From contig OX597823.1 of NCBI GenBank assembly GCA_951406725.2, positions 97,030,001 through 97,094,000 of the forward strand: a stretch of DNA of 64,000 nt. Reading direction: 5' to 3'. Within the stretch, counting starts at the first letter, position 1; every line of letters starts with the position of its first letter. Below the pieces are notes generated by a model, which saw only the letters and a program-made list of their open reading frames with translations, was not told the DNA's origin and made no database searches. The DNA comes from Octopus vulgaris (Eukaryota). Both the position numbers and the translations under genes were made by a program. Shown here piece after piece: positions 23,919 to 37,220 of this stretch.

Positions 23919-24576
23919 TATAAACAGAAAATACAGGATTCAGAATAGATATAGTTAGTATAAGATTTAATATTTAACATTTTATGGAGTGGTCGGGTAT
24001 AAAATCTTTCAGTGTTGATTGAGTTGAAGGTGGTTCTGTCTCTAAAACTACTCATATATATATATATATATATATAGATATATATGTATGTATGTATGTA
24101 TATTTATGTGGGGATTTTGGCCGGCGGCTGTTGGTGCTACTACCTATGGTTGCTTTTGTAGTAAGAGATGGAGAGGAAGGGAGTTTGTTATTTGTTTCAC
24201 TCATTTGATTGTAGCCACGCTGGGGCACCACCTTGAAGGGTTTTATTTGTTTCAGTCATTTTGGAATGAACAATTTTAAACACTGTTGGATTTTTCTCCT
24301 AAGGTATTGGAATCTTACATATATACCATTCTGCCTAAAAAATGGATCTACAAATTCAATATCCCTACATATTTCACATCTATTTTCTTTCCTCCACCTC
24401 ACTCTCTATTTTGTATCACATCTAAATTAACCATTACTTAACCATCCTCGATGAAGGGATACAATTAATAAATATCCTGGAAACAGCTGTAAGACCTTCT
24501 ATCTATAAATGTTCTAATATCTACATAGCCTTGGTTTTTTATCTCATTACACAAAAAATTCTTATATATATACATA

Positions 24577-24607
<31 letters not shown>

Positions 24608-25234
24608 CAAGAGAGGGACATATATAGAGAGAAAGATAGGGAGAGAGAGTTAACAAGAAAGAGGGCAGAAACTGCTGAAGAACACTGAGAGACAGAGAGA
24701 GTGTGTGGGAGAGAAAGAGCAGGAGAGAGTTGGCAATGAAGTGCACACTTGTGAGAAGTGGGAATCAGAGCATAGAGGGGGTGGTAGAGTGAGGAAGAGA
24801 GAGAGATAAATGGTGGTAGGTGGTGGCAGGGTATTGCCAAGAAGGTGCAAGTAGGGATTGGGAGTGGGGGATGCTGCAGCTGGTGAGAACCCAGTTATAT
24901 TAGAGGGGGTGGGGAAAGCAATGATACAGTGAGTCAGGCAGTGGGGACAGGGTTGGGGAGTGGGAGATCTCATAGTTCATGAAGAGGAAATGCGAGGAAG
25001 AGAAGAGATAGTTTGGGAGAAATGTAATTTGGTTTGTTGGTGGGGTGGGAAAATGTTATTGTTACATGTGGGTGGAACACAGCGCTTCTAGAACTCAGGT
25101 TTGCTGACATGGGTGGGTCTTCTCCAGAACTTCATATTGCCAGACATCTCGGTCCATTGTCGTTTCCTCTGTGAGCCCCAACATCCTGAGACTGGTCCTC
25201 ACCACTTCATCCCGTGTCTTCCTGGGTTTCCCCT

Positions 25235-25867
25235 CTTCAGTTCATTTTTGGTGTTACAAGGAGTTTTGTTGATCTCTTGCTCAACTGCACCCCACACATA
25301 ACAATCAAGTGGGTTGCAGTCTGGGGAGTTAGGTGGCCAGATGTTAGGGGTGATATGGTCGCAGAAATTGCCGCAGATAGCCATGACTGGGTTCTCCTGC
25401 TTGTGTGGCATGGTGCAGAGTCCTGTTGCTAGATATAGGGCCTTCTGGCAGCCACCCTTGACCCAGGGCAGCACTAACTCCTCCAGGCACTTGATGTAGG
25501 CCTCTGGTTAAGCCTGAGACTGTGTGGGAAGATGAAGGTTAGTCCTAATGTAGCCGTCGCTAGGGATCACTTCAAACATCATGACGTTGACTGGATATTT
25601 GATTTTCATCCCTCTTGGTACATGTCCTCAGATTGACACCTAAACACTCTGAAATGTTCATATTGGAGCTTCCGGTGTGAATGCCAAGCAGTACAGCATG
25701 CTGCTTCCAAATTTCTGGCAGAGTGAATTGTGTTATGGTGCTGTTTTTCACACAGACAGTGCCAAACTGACCCTACTAAACTGTGTAGTGAACAAAATCT
25801 AAAACAAATGATGTGCATGCACAAAATTAAAAATATAAAATGGTGGCAATTTACCCATCGCACCCTG
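25235..25867 (-). mobile_element. Tc1/mariner-superfamily (DD37D-like) transposon remnant
   Basis: ITPNIWPPNSPDCNPLDCYVWGAVE motif; end TA|cagggtgcgatgggtaaattgcc. Confidence 0.75.
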
Positions 25868-26335
25868 TATATATATCTTTTATCGTTTGTTTCAGTCATT
25901 AGACTGCGGTCATGCTGGGCACTGCCTTGAATTTTTTGGTTGAATGAACTGACCCCAGAATTTCTTTCTTAAGCCTGGTACTTATTCTATCAGTCCCTTT
26001 TGCTGAACTGCTAAATTACAAGAATGTAAACACACCAACACTGGTTGTCAAACTGTGATGGGGGACAAACACAGACATAAAGACACACATACATAGATAC
26101 ACACACACACACACACACACACACAGTGGTGGGTAGGTGTGCATTGACAGCTCATAGCTAGGTATGGTCATAAATATTGCCAAGATATATAAGTGTTTCG
26201 AGGAAAGTATGTTTTACATATATATATATATCTCATCGGTAAATCATTAATCCAAAAGAGAAGCACACCCTTAGTTACAGAGCAGTAGAGTATTTAAAGA
26301 ACGTTAGTTATGGTTGGTTGAGGCCACTGGCCATT

Positions 26336-26397
26336 AAGGTCTGGCGAGACATGTGTAAAGCTAAGCGCTTTATAGATGAGAAATCCTGGGTAACCCT
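26336..26397 (+). ncRNA. Decayed hammerhead (A6>G) within a short inverted repeat (26291-26429)
   Basis: aaggt-CTGGCGA-..catgtgtaaagc/gctttatagatg..-GAAA-tcctgg-GTA-accct. Same family as 13711-13918. Confidence 0.5.
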
Positions 26398-26829
26398 ACG
26401 AACTGGTCATAACTAACATTCTCTAAATATAGGGAGAATTCACAAAAAAAAAGCAACAAAAGATGAAGACAGGTGGTGTAGACAACAAACAGATGTATTA
26501 GTATAACGCTTGGGAAGTGAAAAAGTCTTTAATGTTTCGAGCCTATGCTCTTCCTCAGAATGGAACACAGAAAGAAACAAGGAGAGAAAATAATGCGTAG
26601 AGGCTAGCGATCTTCTTTCATCACCTATGAACTTCTACTGGACTTTCTACACTTCAGCTGCACCTCTCCTGCCTATGGATTACACTGGACTCTCTGTTAA
26701 TGAAAAATTCTCTAAATATATATATATATAGTCGTAAGATGTACAGGAGCCATAAAGACCTCAGATACATGGGAAAGGGATATCCTTAAATGTCCTGGTG
26801 GTTCTCTGGTAGTTAAAGAAAATTTTGAG

Positions 26830-27745
26830 TTACCTAGGTGACCCAATTAGCAGCAGAGGAGGTTGTACAGACAGTGTAACTGTTAGAATAAAAATAGGAT
26901 GGAGAAAGTTCTGAGAGCTTTTACCTCTGTTGGCAACCAAAGGTCTTTCTTTCTGAGTGAAGGGAAGATTGTATGATGCATGTGTATGAACTGCGATGCT
27001 GCATGGGACTGAGATGTGGGCCCTGAATGTAGAGGATACATGAAAGCTGGAGAGGAACAAAGCTAGTGGTATGCTCTGCTAGATGTGTGATGTAAGTGTG
27101 CATGTGTGACAGAGCATTGGTCTGTTGAGAGAGAAATGAGGTGCATTGCTATACTCAAGACCTGCCCAACACAACAAAATTATAAAGCACCCAGTAAACT
27201 CTGGTTGGCATTAGGAAGGGCATCTAACTATAGAAACCAAGCCAAAACAAATTATGGAACCTGGTGTGGCCCTTGCCTTGCCAGTTCTTGGCATGTCGTC
27301 CAACCCATGCCAACATGGAAAACGGATGCTAAATGTTAATGATGATGATGATATCGTGCCGGTGGCACGCAATAAGCACCATGCATGCATGGGTCGTTGT
27401 CAGTGCTGCCTGACTGGCTCCCCATGCTGGTGACACGTAAAAAGCACCATCCAAACATGGTCGATGCCAGCCTCTCTGCCCTGACTGGCTCCTGTATCAG
27501 TAGCACGTAAAAAGCACCATCCGAATGTGGTCGATGCTAGTGCTGCCTGACTGGCTCCCGCGCTGGTAACATGTAAAAAGCACCCACTACACTCTCGGAG
27601 TGGTTGGCGTTAGGAAGGGCATGTAGCTATAGAAACACTGCTAAATCATATTGGAGCCTGATGCGGCCTCCTGGCTTCCCAGTCCCCAGTCAGAACCGTC
27701 CAACCCATGCCAGCATCGAGAATGGACGTTAAACGATGATGATGA
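26830..27745 (+). mobile_element. RTE LINE 3' fragments and 3' UTR with about 65-bp subrepeats
   Basis: YLGD..., GRLYDACV..AMLHG peptides; 3' UTR and (GAT)n tails. Confidence 0.7.
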
Positions 27746-28158
27746 TATATATATATATCGACGTATGTATCTTTATCTCTGACTTTGTCTCACACTCTCC
27801 ACCGCTTGACAACCGACGTTGGTTTGTTTACGAACCCTTAACTTAGCGATTTGACAAAGGAGAGCCGATATCAGTACCAAACTGGAAAGTAAAAGCAAAA
27901 ATTAGAACTGGGTCTTGAAACGCTACCTTAAACGCTACCTTAAAACCTCTTCAAAGCGGGGTCCCAGCATGGTCACGGTCGAATAATCGAAACAAGTAAA
28001 CGGTTAAAGAAGAAAAGAAATTAAATGTTACAATAAAATAAAACATATAAATCTTTCTCAGTCGCCCACACGATTTCAGCTTTTTTTTTGTCAAGGGCGA
28101 AAACTGCGTCTGTCAAGTGATCCGTTGTTATCTCCCTTGTCCTTCCTTAATTGCAAAC

Positions 28159-28267
28159 ATGGCGAGCGGAGGTTCGCCAGCACTTCCACCGTGTTTCAAA
28201 CCGATTCAACATTATTTAAAGATTGCCGAGGAACATAGTAAAAGGGATCAAGTTGTTTCATATTACT
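28159..28267 (+). CDS. VTA1: VTA1 homolog, coding exon 1 (MASGGSPALPPCFKPIQHYLKIAEEHSKRDQVVSYY-C)
   Basis: Matches the VTA1/LIP5 N-terminus (LP..FK.IQH.L..A.EH.KRD.VV.YYC). Kozak-like aacATGg; donor t|gtaaga, phase 1. Confidence 0.95.
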
Positions 28268-28471
28268 GTAAGAATGTTATGTCATTTCATTCCTATACCG
28301 ATATCCATTGTTCTTCCTGGTTGTCGTTGGTTTCTTTCTCACTTTGAACATTCCTCTTTTAAATACGTCATTTTTTAAAGACTCTTTCTTTTACCGGACT
28401 TCGTTCAGTTTGTTTACCTCGTTCGCTGCTTACCGTTTCAGTTCTTGCAAATGTCTTAATAATATCGATTT

Positions 28472-28508
<37 letters not shown>

Positions 28509-28788
28509 ATATATATAAAACTAGTATATATATTTATAGATAGATATATACAGAGATATATATGTGTGTGTGTATATATATAGATATTTGTGTGTGTATA
28601 TATGTATGTGTGTATATATACGTGTGTATGCGTATATATATATATAGATAGGCGAAGTTTCGCATGTCGACGACCGAAACTATGCCTATAGATATGTGTG
28701 TGTGTATATATATATGTATGTGTGTGTATATATATTTATATATATCGTGTGTGTATGTATGTATATATATATATATATATCGTGTGTG

Positions 28789-28829
<41 letters not shown>

Positions 28830-28959
28830 TGTGTATGTATATATATATATATATACCGGAGTAAACACATAAATGTGAAACAAGGTGGAAAAAAGAGTAC
28901 TCAAATACCAGTGGTAGAGTAATATGCTTTATTTTAAGCAGCAGAAAATTCAATAAAAT

Positions 28960-28997
28960 CTGTTACTCTGAGTTTCTCGTTGCCGTTCATCAGACAG
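28960..28997 (-). ncRNA. Minimal type-I hammerhead (mirror copy)
   Basis: Exact reverse complement of 29014-29051. Confidence 0.7.
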
Positions 28998-29013
28998 TTT
29001 TTGCTAGCAAAAA

Positions 29014-29051
29014 CTGTCTGATGAACGGCAACGAGAAACTCAGAGTAACAG
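29014..29051 (+). ncRNA. Minimal type-I hammerhead, sense to VTA1 intron 1
   Basis: ctgt-CTGATGA-a-cg-GCAA-cg-a-GAAA-CTCAGA-GTA-acag. Stem I ctgt/acag; GNRA-capped stem II; palindromic stem III ACTC-A-GAGT. Confidence 0.7.
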
Positions 29052-29083
29052 ATTTTGTTGAATTTTCTGCTGCTTAAAATAGA

Positions 29084-29121
<38 letters not shown>

Positions 29122-29628
29122 TGTGTGTATGTGTATATATATATATATACACATACATAGAATATCCATACACACTCATAACTTAATTATTTTGATAGGT
29201 TTCGGCATGATTAACTTAATAGCACCACCTGATATGTATATATATATTAGCATTTTAACGTCCATTTTTCCATGCTTGCATGGGTAAGGCGGAATTCCAA
29301 GAAGCAGATTTTCTTCGGCCCGATGCCCTTCCTTTCGCCAACCTTCACCGTTTTCTAAGCAAAGTGGTATTTCGTTATGGCCAGACATATTTTCGTGGAA
29401 GACTGGAAACGAACGACACCGCTTGTATGACGTTATCACTCGTTTTACATCTACCACACACACACACACACACACGACGAGTTTCCATAGTTTCCACCTA
29501 CCAAGGTTTTGGTTAGTCCGGTGCCATAGTAGAAGCTACTTGCTCAAGGTGCCATGCTGTGGTACTAAACTCGAAACCACACCATATACATACATACATA
29601 CATACATGTATATAATCTAATAGTATCT

Positions 29629-29663
<35 letters not shown>

Positions 29664-30096
29664 CTTTGTAACATTATCATGGGTGATAAATTCTTGTCTC
29701 TTTGTAGAATAAAGTCCTCAAATTTTATAATTTTTCTCTCGTAGAACCAGAAATTAAAACTTGGCAAAGATTCATCCGTTTCTCTCGCCTTAACTTAGAT
29801 ATATTTATATTATAATCCCTTGTAGAGAAACTCCGGAGTATTGCACATGATAAGAAGCATCTAAGCTATAAAGTATTTTACAAATTGTGACTGCTTTGTA
29901 CGGTTGACTGGAAATTCTTACACCACTTATTTTATGTATGTACTAATGTATGTTTATGTGTGTGTGTATATATGTAGTAATGTAACAGTAGTAAAATATG
30001 TCTAATATATTTTGTCAATACGCTACTTGGAGCAGATAGACCTGGACATTCCTGCTGAGATTGAAACTTAAGAGTCATCTGTCGACTTTGATAATG

Positions 30097-30137
<41 letters not shown>

Positions 30138-30921
30138 TCAAATGGGTTGTATATATATATGTGTGTGTTTGTGTGTATAAATATACATAGATACAATCAC
30201 ATACATACACACAGGTAAAGTTGACGGATCTATTCAAAAACAACGACGTCCGGTACAAAACGAGACTACAAAGAAACGATTTTCTGGATTCCTGGAATGT
30301 CTATAAAAATGTTATAGTTTTCGTGTTTTATTGTTTGTAAAATATACCCTAACTGTATAATTAAATCAGTTTAATTAATCACAGGCTTCGAAATTTGCTC
30401 GTAAACTATTATGTAGACTATTTGTGTAGAATCCCCGAATGGCTACAAAATTATTAAAATGTAGTTTTATGTCTATAACATATACAACAGAACGGTAATC
30501 ATCTCAGTTTAATTAATGCTAGTAATCATTTATGTAAAATGATGATTTATTTGTAAATTAGGTGAATTTTTTTATGTGGTATCTTCCGTTTTCTACCCGA
30601 AGGTTGTTGTTTACATAAAGCTTCGGCAAGTTCACACACGTACACACACACTGTGTGTGTGTGTGAGAGCGATTAATATTTTAAGTTCAGGATGTGAAAA
30701 CTGTAAGCAAAACACACCTACACGTACACGAATTGTTTAGCACTCAACTCTACACTATTTTTATTTCTTGGGATTGAAAAGTCATTTTATGTATAATAAC
30801 AAACCGTCCCCTAATCAATAAATAGGGCACTGTCTACAGATTTGGTTGGCATGTGCCTACGAGTGTGTATAAAATTATTCATTCATTGTATTACTGTACA
30901 CACGTACATACATGTCTTTTA

Positions 30922-31321
30922 CTCTTTTACTTGTTTCAGTCATTTGACTGCGGCCATGCTGGAGCACCGCCTTTTAGTCGAGCAAATCAACCCAAGGACT
31001 TATTCTTTGTAAGCCCAGTACTTATTCTATCGGTCTCTTTTGCCGAACCGCTAAGTTACGGGGACGTAAACACACCAGCATCGGTTGTCAAGCAATGCTA
31101 GGGGGACAAACACAGACACACAAACACACACACATACATATATATATATACATATATACGACAGGCTTCTTTCAGTTTCCGTCTACCAAATCCACTCACA
31201 AGGCATTGGTCGGCCCGGGGCTATAGCAGAAGACACTTGCCCAAGATGCCACGCAGTGGGACTGAACCCGGAACCATGTGGTTTGTTAGCAAGCTACTTA
31301 CCACACAGCCACTCCTGCGCC
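30922..31321 (-). mobile_element. Full-length tRNA-derived SINE (young, CpG-rich)
   Basis: Reverse complement of the 9657-10025 family with head, microsatellite and tail. Confidence 0.85.
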
Positions 31322-33121
31322 TGTGTTGATGTTGGTGATTAAATTTCTCAGCAAACCTCATTAAACCATTAAACAGACCTAATGATCACAGAAGCTTGAG
31401 CTCTGATTACCTTGTCTATCTATGACTACATTATTCAATGTGTCTGTCCGATTTGAGGGAGATTTGAGCATGTTGAGCGATCGTGTAAAGGAGCCCTCGT
31501 TGACCTGTGGCCTTTGTGATATTGTTGTTGACATTGTACTTCCCCATGATCAAACATTACTAATGCTTTTGTTATTGTTCAGTTCCAAATCTGTCCTGAT
31601 TGAGCGTTCTACCCTTAGCCACTATTGTTGCCAGATCTGCTCTGACCCTGAGTAGCTGCACCTGTTAGGGTCTCAGCCATAACATGCCAAAGGTGGAAGG
31701 TCACTCAGAGACACCCCAACTAACCCAGAGCAGACGAGGACCTTCAGCTCTTGAGCTGCTGATCTAAGAGAAGACATCTCACTTACAAATCCTGCATCCT
31801 GATAGCTATTGGGCTTGTGAAGCAACTGGAAGTTTTCAGCTTTGACTATGTGTACAGGTGACCATAGGGTGATGGTTGTTTTTTTAGCTGTCTTACTGAA
31901 CCCTCATTTATTGAAGCAATGACAAGAGTTGACAATATTATCAAATGTATCCTTTCCTTGAAGAAACTGTGGTGTGATTTGAGGGAAATTTGTATCTTAC
32001 AGGGCATGCTTCTGCTTAGAGGTCCTTCCTGCCCTCATTGGCTTGATAATATTTTTTATATTATGGCAAGCTGGTGTTTCAGTGTGGACTAAAACCCTTA
32101 GCCGGATGGATTTGCTGGTCTTTGATTCACAGTTCAGACCTATTTTATTTGACTTAGTTGATAGTGCTCTTTCTCTCCATCTCATTTCCTATAAATTCAA
32201 AATTGTACACTCATTGTTGGTGAGCACAATGCTGGCTCAGATTGAACAAGGACTTACTGTATGATGAAAGACATTTCAGCCATGATGATCCCAAATCATT
32301 TTGAAATATACTGTATCCAGGACGATGTTATCTAACATGTCCTTCTGTTTCTAAGACAGTAAGAATGTGATTTGAAGGAGATTTGGCTGCTAGTGATATC
32401 CTTGTCATTATTTAGGCCCTGGTCCTGGTCACTGACTGAAATGGGTTACTGCTGTTCCTGTTTCAAGTACAACACTGATAATCTGGAATCACTTATGATT
32501 TGTACTAATGTACAGGTACCTGTATTTCATTTGATTATTTAAATAAATTTAATATTCATTTAACTTAAGGCAGAATCGTTAGCACACCAGACAAAATACT
32601 TAGTGACATTTCGTCCATCTTTACATTCTGAGTTCAAATTCTGCCAAAGTCAACTTTGCCTTTTGTCCTTTTGGGGTCAATAAAATAAGTACCAATTGAA
32701 CACAGGGGTTAATGTAATTGACTAGACTCCTCCCCTGAAATTACTGGCATTGTGCCAAAATTTGAAGCCTATCTTTGTTTACTTTAGAGAGTGTTGACCA
32801 AGGTGACACCCCCACTTTGGAAAGATCAGTAATTCCTATCATAGCACCTATGATATTAGGTATGATAAAAAAATATTTTTGATCTCCAGATTACAGACCA
32901 TGGTACCCTGTCAAAAACCTGCTCCAGATGGACAAATGCTAGGTATAGTGGTTTACTTCTAGCTCAGAAATTTTCTTGTAGTTTCTCACTAGGAAATATC
33001 TCATCTTAGCACAAACCTGAAGTGTAGCTTCTCTTCCTGATATGTTGTACACTAAGTCTTTCTGTTACATTTGTACCTTAGTCCATCAGTTTGATGCCTC
33101 TGTAGTTGCTACTGTTTAGAG

Positions 33122-33382
33122 CAGGGCTTCTCAACCAGGGTCCACATGGCCCTTGGGGGAGGAGGCATAAAAGATTTTGCTGTTAAAATTTATCTGCAAT
33201 AAATGGGGTATACTTCTGTGGCATTCAAAATATTTTTAATTTTTTAAAAATACAATTCCTAATGAATATTTTAATTATAAAAATGCAATAGGATTTTTTA
33301 AACATTGAATGGCTAGGAAGGTCCATCTGAATAAAATTGGAGCCAAAAGGATCTGTATGCAAAAAATGGTTGAGAACCACTG
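33122..33382 (+). mobile_element. hAT (Charlie-like) MITE
   Basis: TIRs cagggcttctcaacc / ggttgagaaccactg; 8-bp TSD-like gtttagag/ctgtagag. Confidence 0.75.
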
Positions 33383-33928
33383 CTGTAGAGCATCTCATTT
33401 TCCCTTGTAGTTTATGTTGATACTGTTACAACAATTTGCTGGACATGACACCTTCCTATACTACCTCATAGACAATGTGGATTCTTCACACAGCCTCTCT
33501 TTGATTGGATATCTTCTGGTGACTACTTCTGCTAATCCAGCTGCTTTCCTTGCCCTCGTATCCTTTAACTGCACTTTCAGTTACATTGCTTGTCAACTTT
33601 AATAATTGGTCCCCTCTAGTGGGACTGCAGTATTAATTACATGATGCGAGCCAATATTTTAGTGAAAATTTCCAAGAAATATTTGCCACTGCCGAGTGGT
33701 AAAGAACTCTTTTCAGAACCTTTATTTGTGAGATGCGGTTTCAATCCATGGTTGATCTTTTTTCATTTAACTCCTTTCTCATTGTGACATTCGACGTAGC
33801 TCATATAACGGTACTCTTTTCTCATTCTTTGGAGTTCTGCAGCTTAAGTGAAACTGAAGACCCTCTTTTCGGCAATATGATTGTGCCTCATATTTTTGTA
33901 TTTAATTTTTTTTTTTTTTCTACTACAG

Positions 33929-34023
33929 GTCAGCTCTATGCCTTTCAAAAAGCAATGGGAATTGATAAGAAGTCTCCAGATTGCAGGGACTATTTAATGA
34001 TGCTGATGGATTCTCTAGAAATG
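33929..34023 (+). CDS. VTA1: VTA1 exon 2 (QLYAFQKAMGIDKKSPDCRDYLMMLMDSLEM)
   Basis: Poly(T)...tacag| acceptor and |gtatgt donor; phase 1 to 0; MIT-domain homology. Confidence 0.95.
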
Positions 34024-34379
34024 GTATGTGGTGTTTCTTGTTTTATCAGCATCATTATCATCATCATCATCACCACCTGCACTACAACCATCATCATTAT
34101 CATTTTAATGTCCACTTTTCCGTGCTTGCATGGGTCTGGTAGAATTTGTTAAGGCAGATTTTCTATGGCCAGATGCTTACTCTGTTGCCAACCTTCACCT
34201 GTTTCTAAGAAAGGTAGTATTTCCCCATGGCTGGGCATGTTTTTACAGAAGATTGGCAATGAAGGACACTGCTTGTAGGATGGGGATCACATGGAGTCAA
34301 GACAAGGAGGCACCCCCTCACATTCTCTCTGTCTTCCTCTCTCTTCCTCTCTCTCTCTCTCTTACACGCATATGCGTGT

Positions 34380-34750
34380 TCTTTTATTCTTTTACTTGTT
34401 TCAGTCATTTGGCTGCAGCCGTGCCTTTAGTCGAGCAAATTGACCCCCAGGACTTTGTAAGCCTAGTACTTATTCTATCAGTCTCTGTTGCTGAACCACT
34501 AAATGACAGGGCTGTAAACACACCAACATTGGTTGTCAAGCGATGGTGGGGGCACAAATACAGACACACACACACACACACAAACATATACATACATACA
34601 TATGTATATATGTATGTGTATATATATATACGACAGACTCAATTTCTGTCTACCACTCACTAGGCTTTGGTCGGCCCAAGGCTCTAGTAGAAGACACATG
34701 CAGTGGGACTGAACCCGGAACCATGTGGTTGGTAAGCAAGCTACTTACCA
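34380..34750 (-). mobile_element. tRNA-derived SINE
   Basis: Same family as 30922-31321. Confidence 0.75.
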
Positions 34751-36950
34751 CACAGCCACTTCTGTGCCTGTCATAGGCTTCTTTCAGTTTCCATCCACTA
34801 AATCCGCTCACAAGACTTTGGTTGGCCTGGGGCTATATAGTAGACACTTGCCCAAGGTACCATGCTGTAGAAATGAACCTGAAGCCATGTGGTTGAGAAG
34901 CAAGCTTCTTAACCACACAGCCATGTCTTATTGTGTGAAATTCCCTTCTAATTTGTTATTTGGTCAGACAGTTTTTAATGTTAGTAGAATCAGCAGAGTA
35001 CCAGACTAAATTAATTGTACTAATTTTGAACAAACAAGGAACTTCTATATAGTTGTTCAACTTACTAAAAATAGCAGCCTAATCTCTCTCAAGTTATAAT
35101 TATAAAAGAGGAAGGACTTATTGTAAAATGTAGTCTGTGATAGACTATATTTAGGGGAAAAAAATTGGATGGATTGCCATGGCTTTAATCCTAGGATTAC
35201 TTTTTATTTGTTTGAGTCATTGGATTGTGGCCATGCTGGGGCACTGTCTTGAAGGGTTTAGTCAAACAAATTGATCCTGGGACTTATTGTCATGTCTGGT
35301 ACTTATTCTATTGATCTTTTTGGTTGATCTACTTAGCTACAGGGATGTAAACAAACCGTCTCTGGTTTTCAAGCAGTGAAGGTTAAAAATACAAACACAC
35401 ACACACACACACGTAGATATATGTATGATGGGCTTCAGCACAGTTCCCATCTATCAAATTCTTTTACAAGACATTGGTTGGCACAGGGCTGTAATAGGAG
35501 ATACTTGCCCAAGGTACTGTGCAGTGGGACTGAACCAGTGTGTTTGTTGACATTTGCACTCTACGAAAATAGTTGGCTATGTGCAATGTTGCTGTAGTTG
35601 TCATTCTACCAAAAAAAAAAAAAACCTCTGCTCACTTTTGAAACTGTGAAATAAAAGATCCTTTATTTAAAAAAACAGGTAATGGTTAATGACTGGAAGA
35701 CCATTTGGCTGTGAAACAATGTTTCTCTGATATAGTTGTCTAACCCATGCCAGCACTGGAAACTGGACATAAAGCAAACAAACAAAGGAACAAATAGCCA
35801 GGGCTTCATTTGTAATACCAGTGCTCTCAGCAACCCCACAACATACTGATATATTGAAGTTTATGTACTAAACATGAAATAGTTTTTGTTTCAGTTTAAA
35901 ATTTCAAAGGATTTACAAACCAAGATCATTTTCTTAAATTAAAAATTGTAGTGATGTGTGGAATTAAACTTAAAAACAATTTATTTTTAAACTAAAATTA
36001 TAACTGCAAGTTCAAATTGAAATTCAGGCTAATAAATATAGTTAAAAATCAGTAAGAATATCTTTATTGTACTTAAATATTTCAGTGGGATTTTCAGAAT
36101 CAGATTGGAGAAACCTCCCCACTGAGTCAAGTTTCCAACACCTCTTTCCGGTGGCATGTAAAAAGCACCCACTACACTCCGGAGTGGTTGGTTTTAGGAA
36201 GGGCATCCAGCCGTAGAAACTCTGCCAGATCAAATTTGGAGCCTGGTGCAGCCATCTGGTTCACCAGTCCTCAGTCAAAATCGTCCAACCCATGGAAAGC
36301 GGACGTTAAACGATGATGATGATGAAAATAGGATCAGTGTAAACATGAATGGCTTATATATTCTTTTTGTTTAACCCTTGACCCATTTATGAAATCCTTG
36401 ATCCCTCAGCAATTCAGTGTATCATCATCATCATCATCTTCATCATCATCATCCCCATGATTTGCATCCAGTTTTCCATGCTTGCACGTGTGAGGCTGAA
36501 TACATTGTGGTAGATTTTTTGCAGCCAAATGCCCATCTTGTTGCCATTTCTTACCTTGTCATTAATATCAAGCTCTTACATGGAAGACTGGAAACAGTGA
36601 TACCACTTGTATGACAGTGACACTCATTTACAGCTATCATGTGAGGTATGAGGTATGTCAAATCAAAGAAACAATCACACACACACACATATCCAGTGCC
36701 ACTGACTGGCACGTAAAAAGCACCATTCAAGCATGGCCAATGCCAGTGTTACCTGACTGGCCCCTGTGCCAATGGCACATAAAAAGCACCCACTACACTC
36801 TCATTGTAGTTGGCATTAGCAAGGGCATCCAGCTGTAGAAACCTTGCCAGATCAGATTGGAATCTGGTGCAGTCTCCTGGATTGCCAGTCCTCAGTCAAA
36901 CCATCCAACCCATACCATCATAGAAAGCAGACGTTAAACAATGATGATGA

Positions 36951-36987
<37 letters not shown>

Positions 36988-37220
36988 TAGATAGATAGAA
37001 AGATAGACAGTTTCTGTTTACCAAATCCATTCATAAGGCTTTGCTCAGTCTATGACTACATTTGAAGGCTCTTTACCAAGGTTCCACGGAGGGGGACTAA
37101 ACTCCAACCCATGTGGTTGGGAAGCAAAACTCTTAACCACGCAACCATGCCTACACTTCTTGCACTTTGATAAAAAAAAAATATAAAGTAACATGCACAG
37201 TGTTACTTCCAGGGCATTAA

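Larger units (their letters stand above)
28922..29089. repeat. 168-bp near-perfect palindrome carrying two minimal hammerheads, one per strand
   Basis: Centre ttttt-gctagc-aaaaa at 29005/29006; about 3 mismatches; flanked by (TA)n. Confidence 0.9.
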
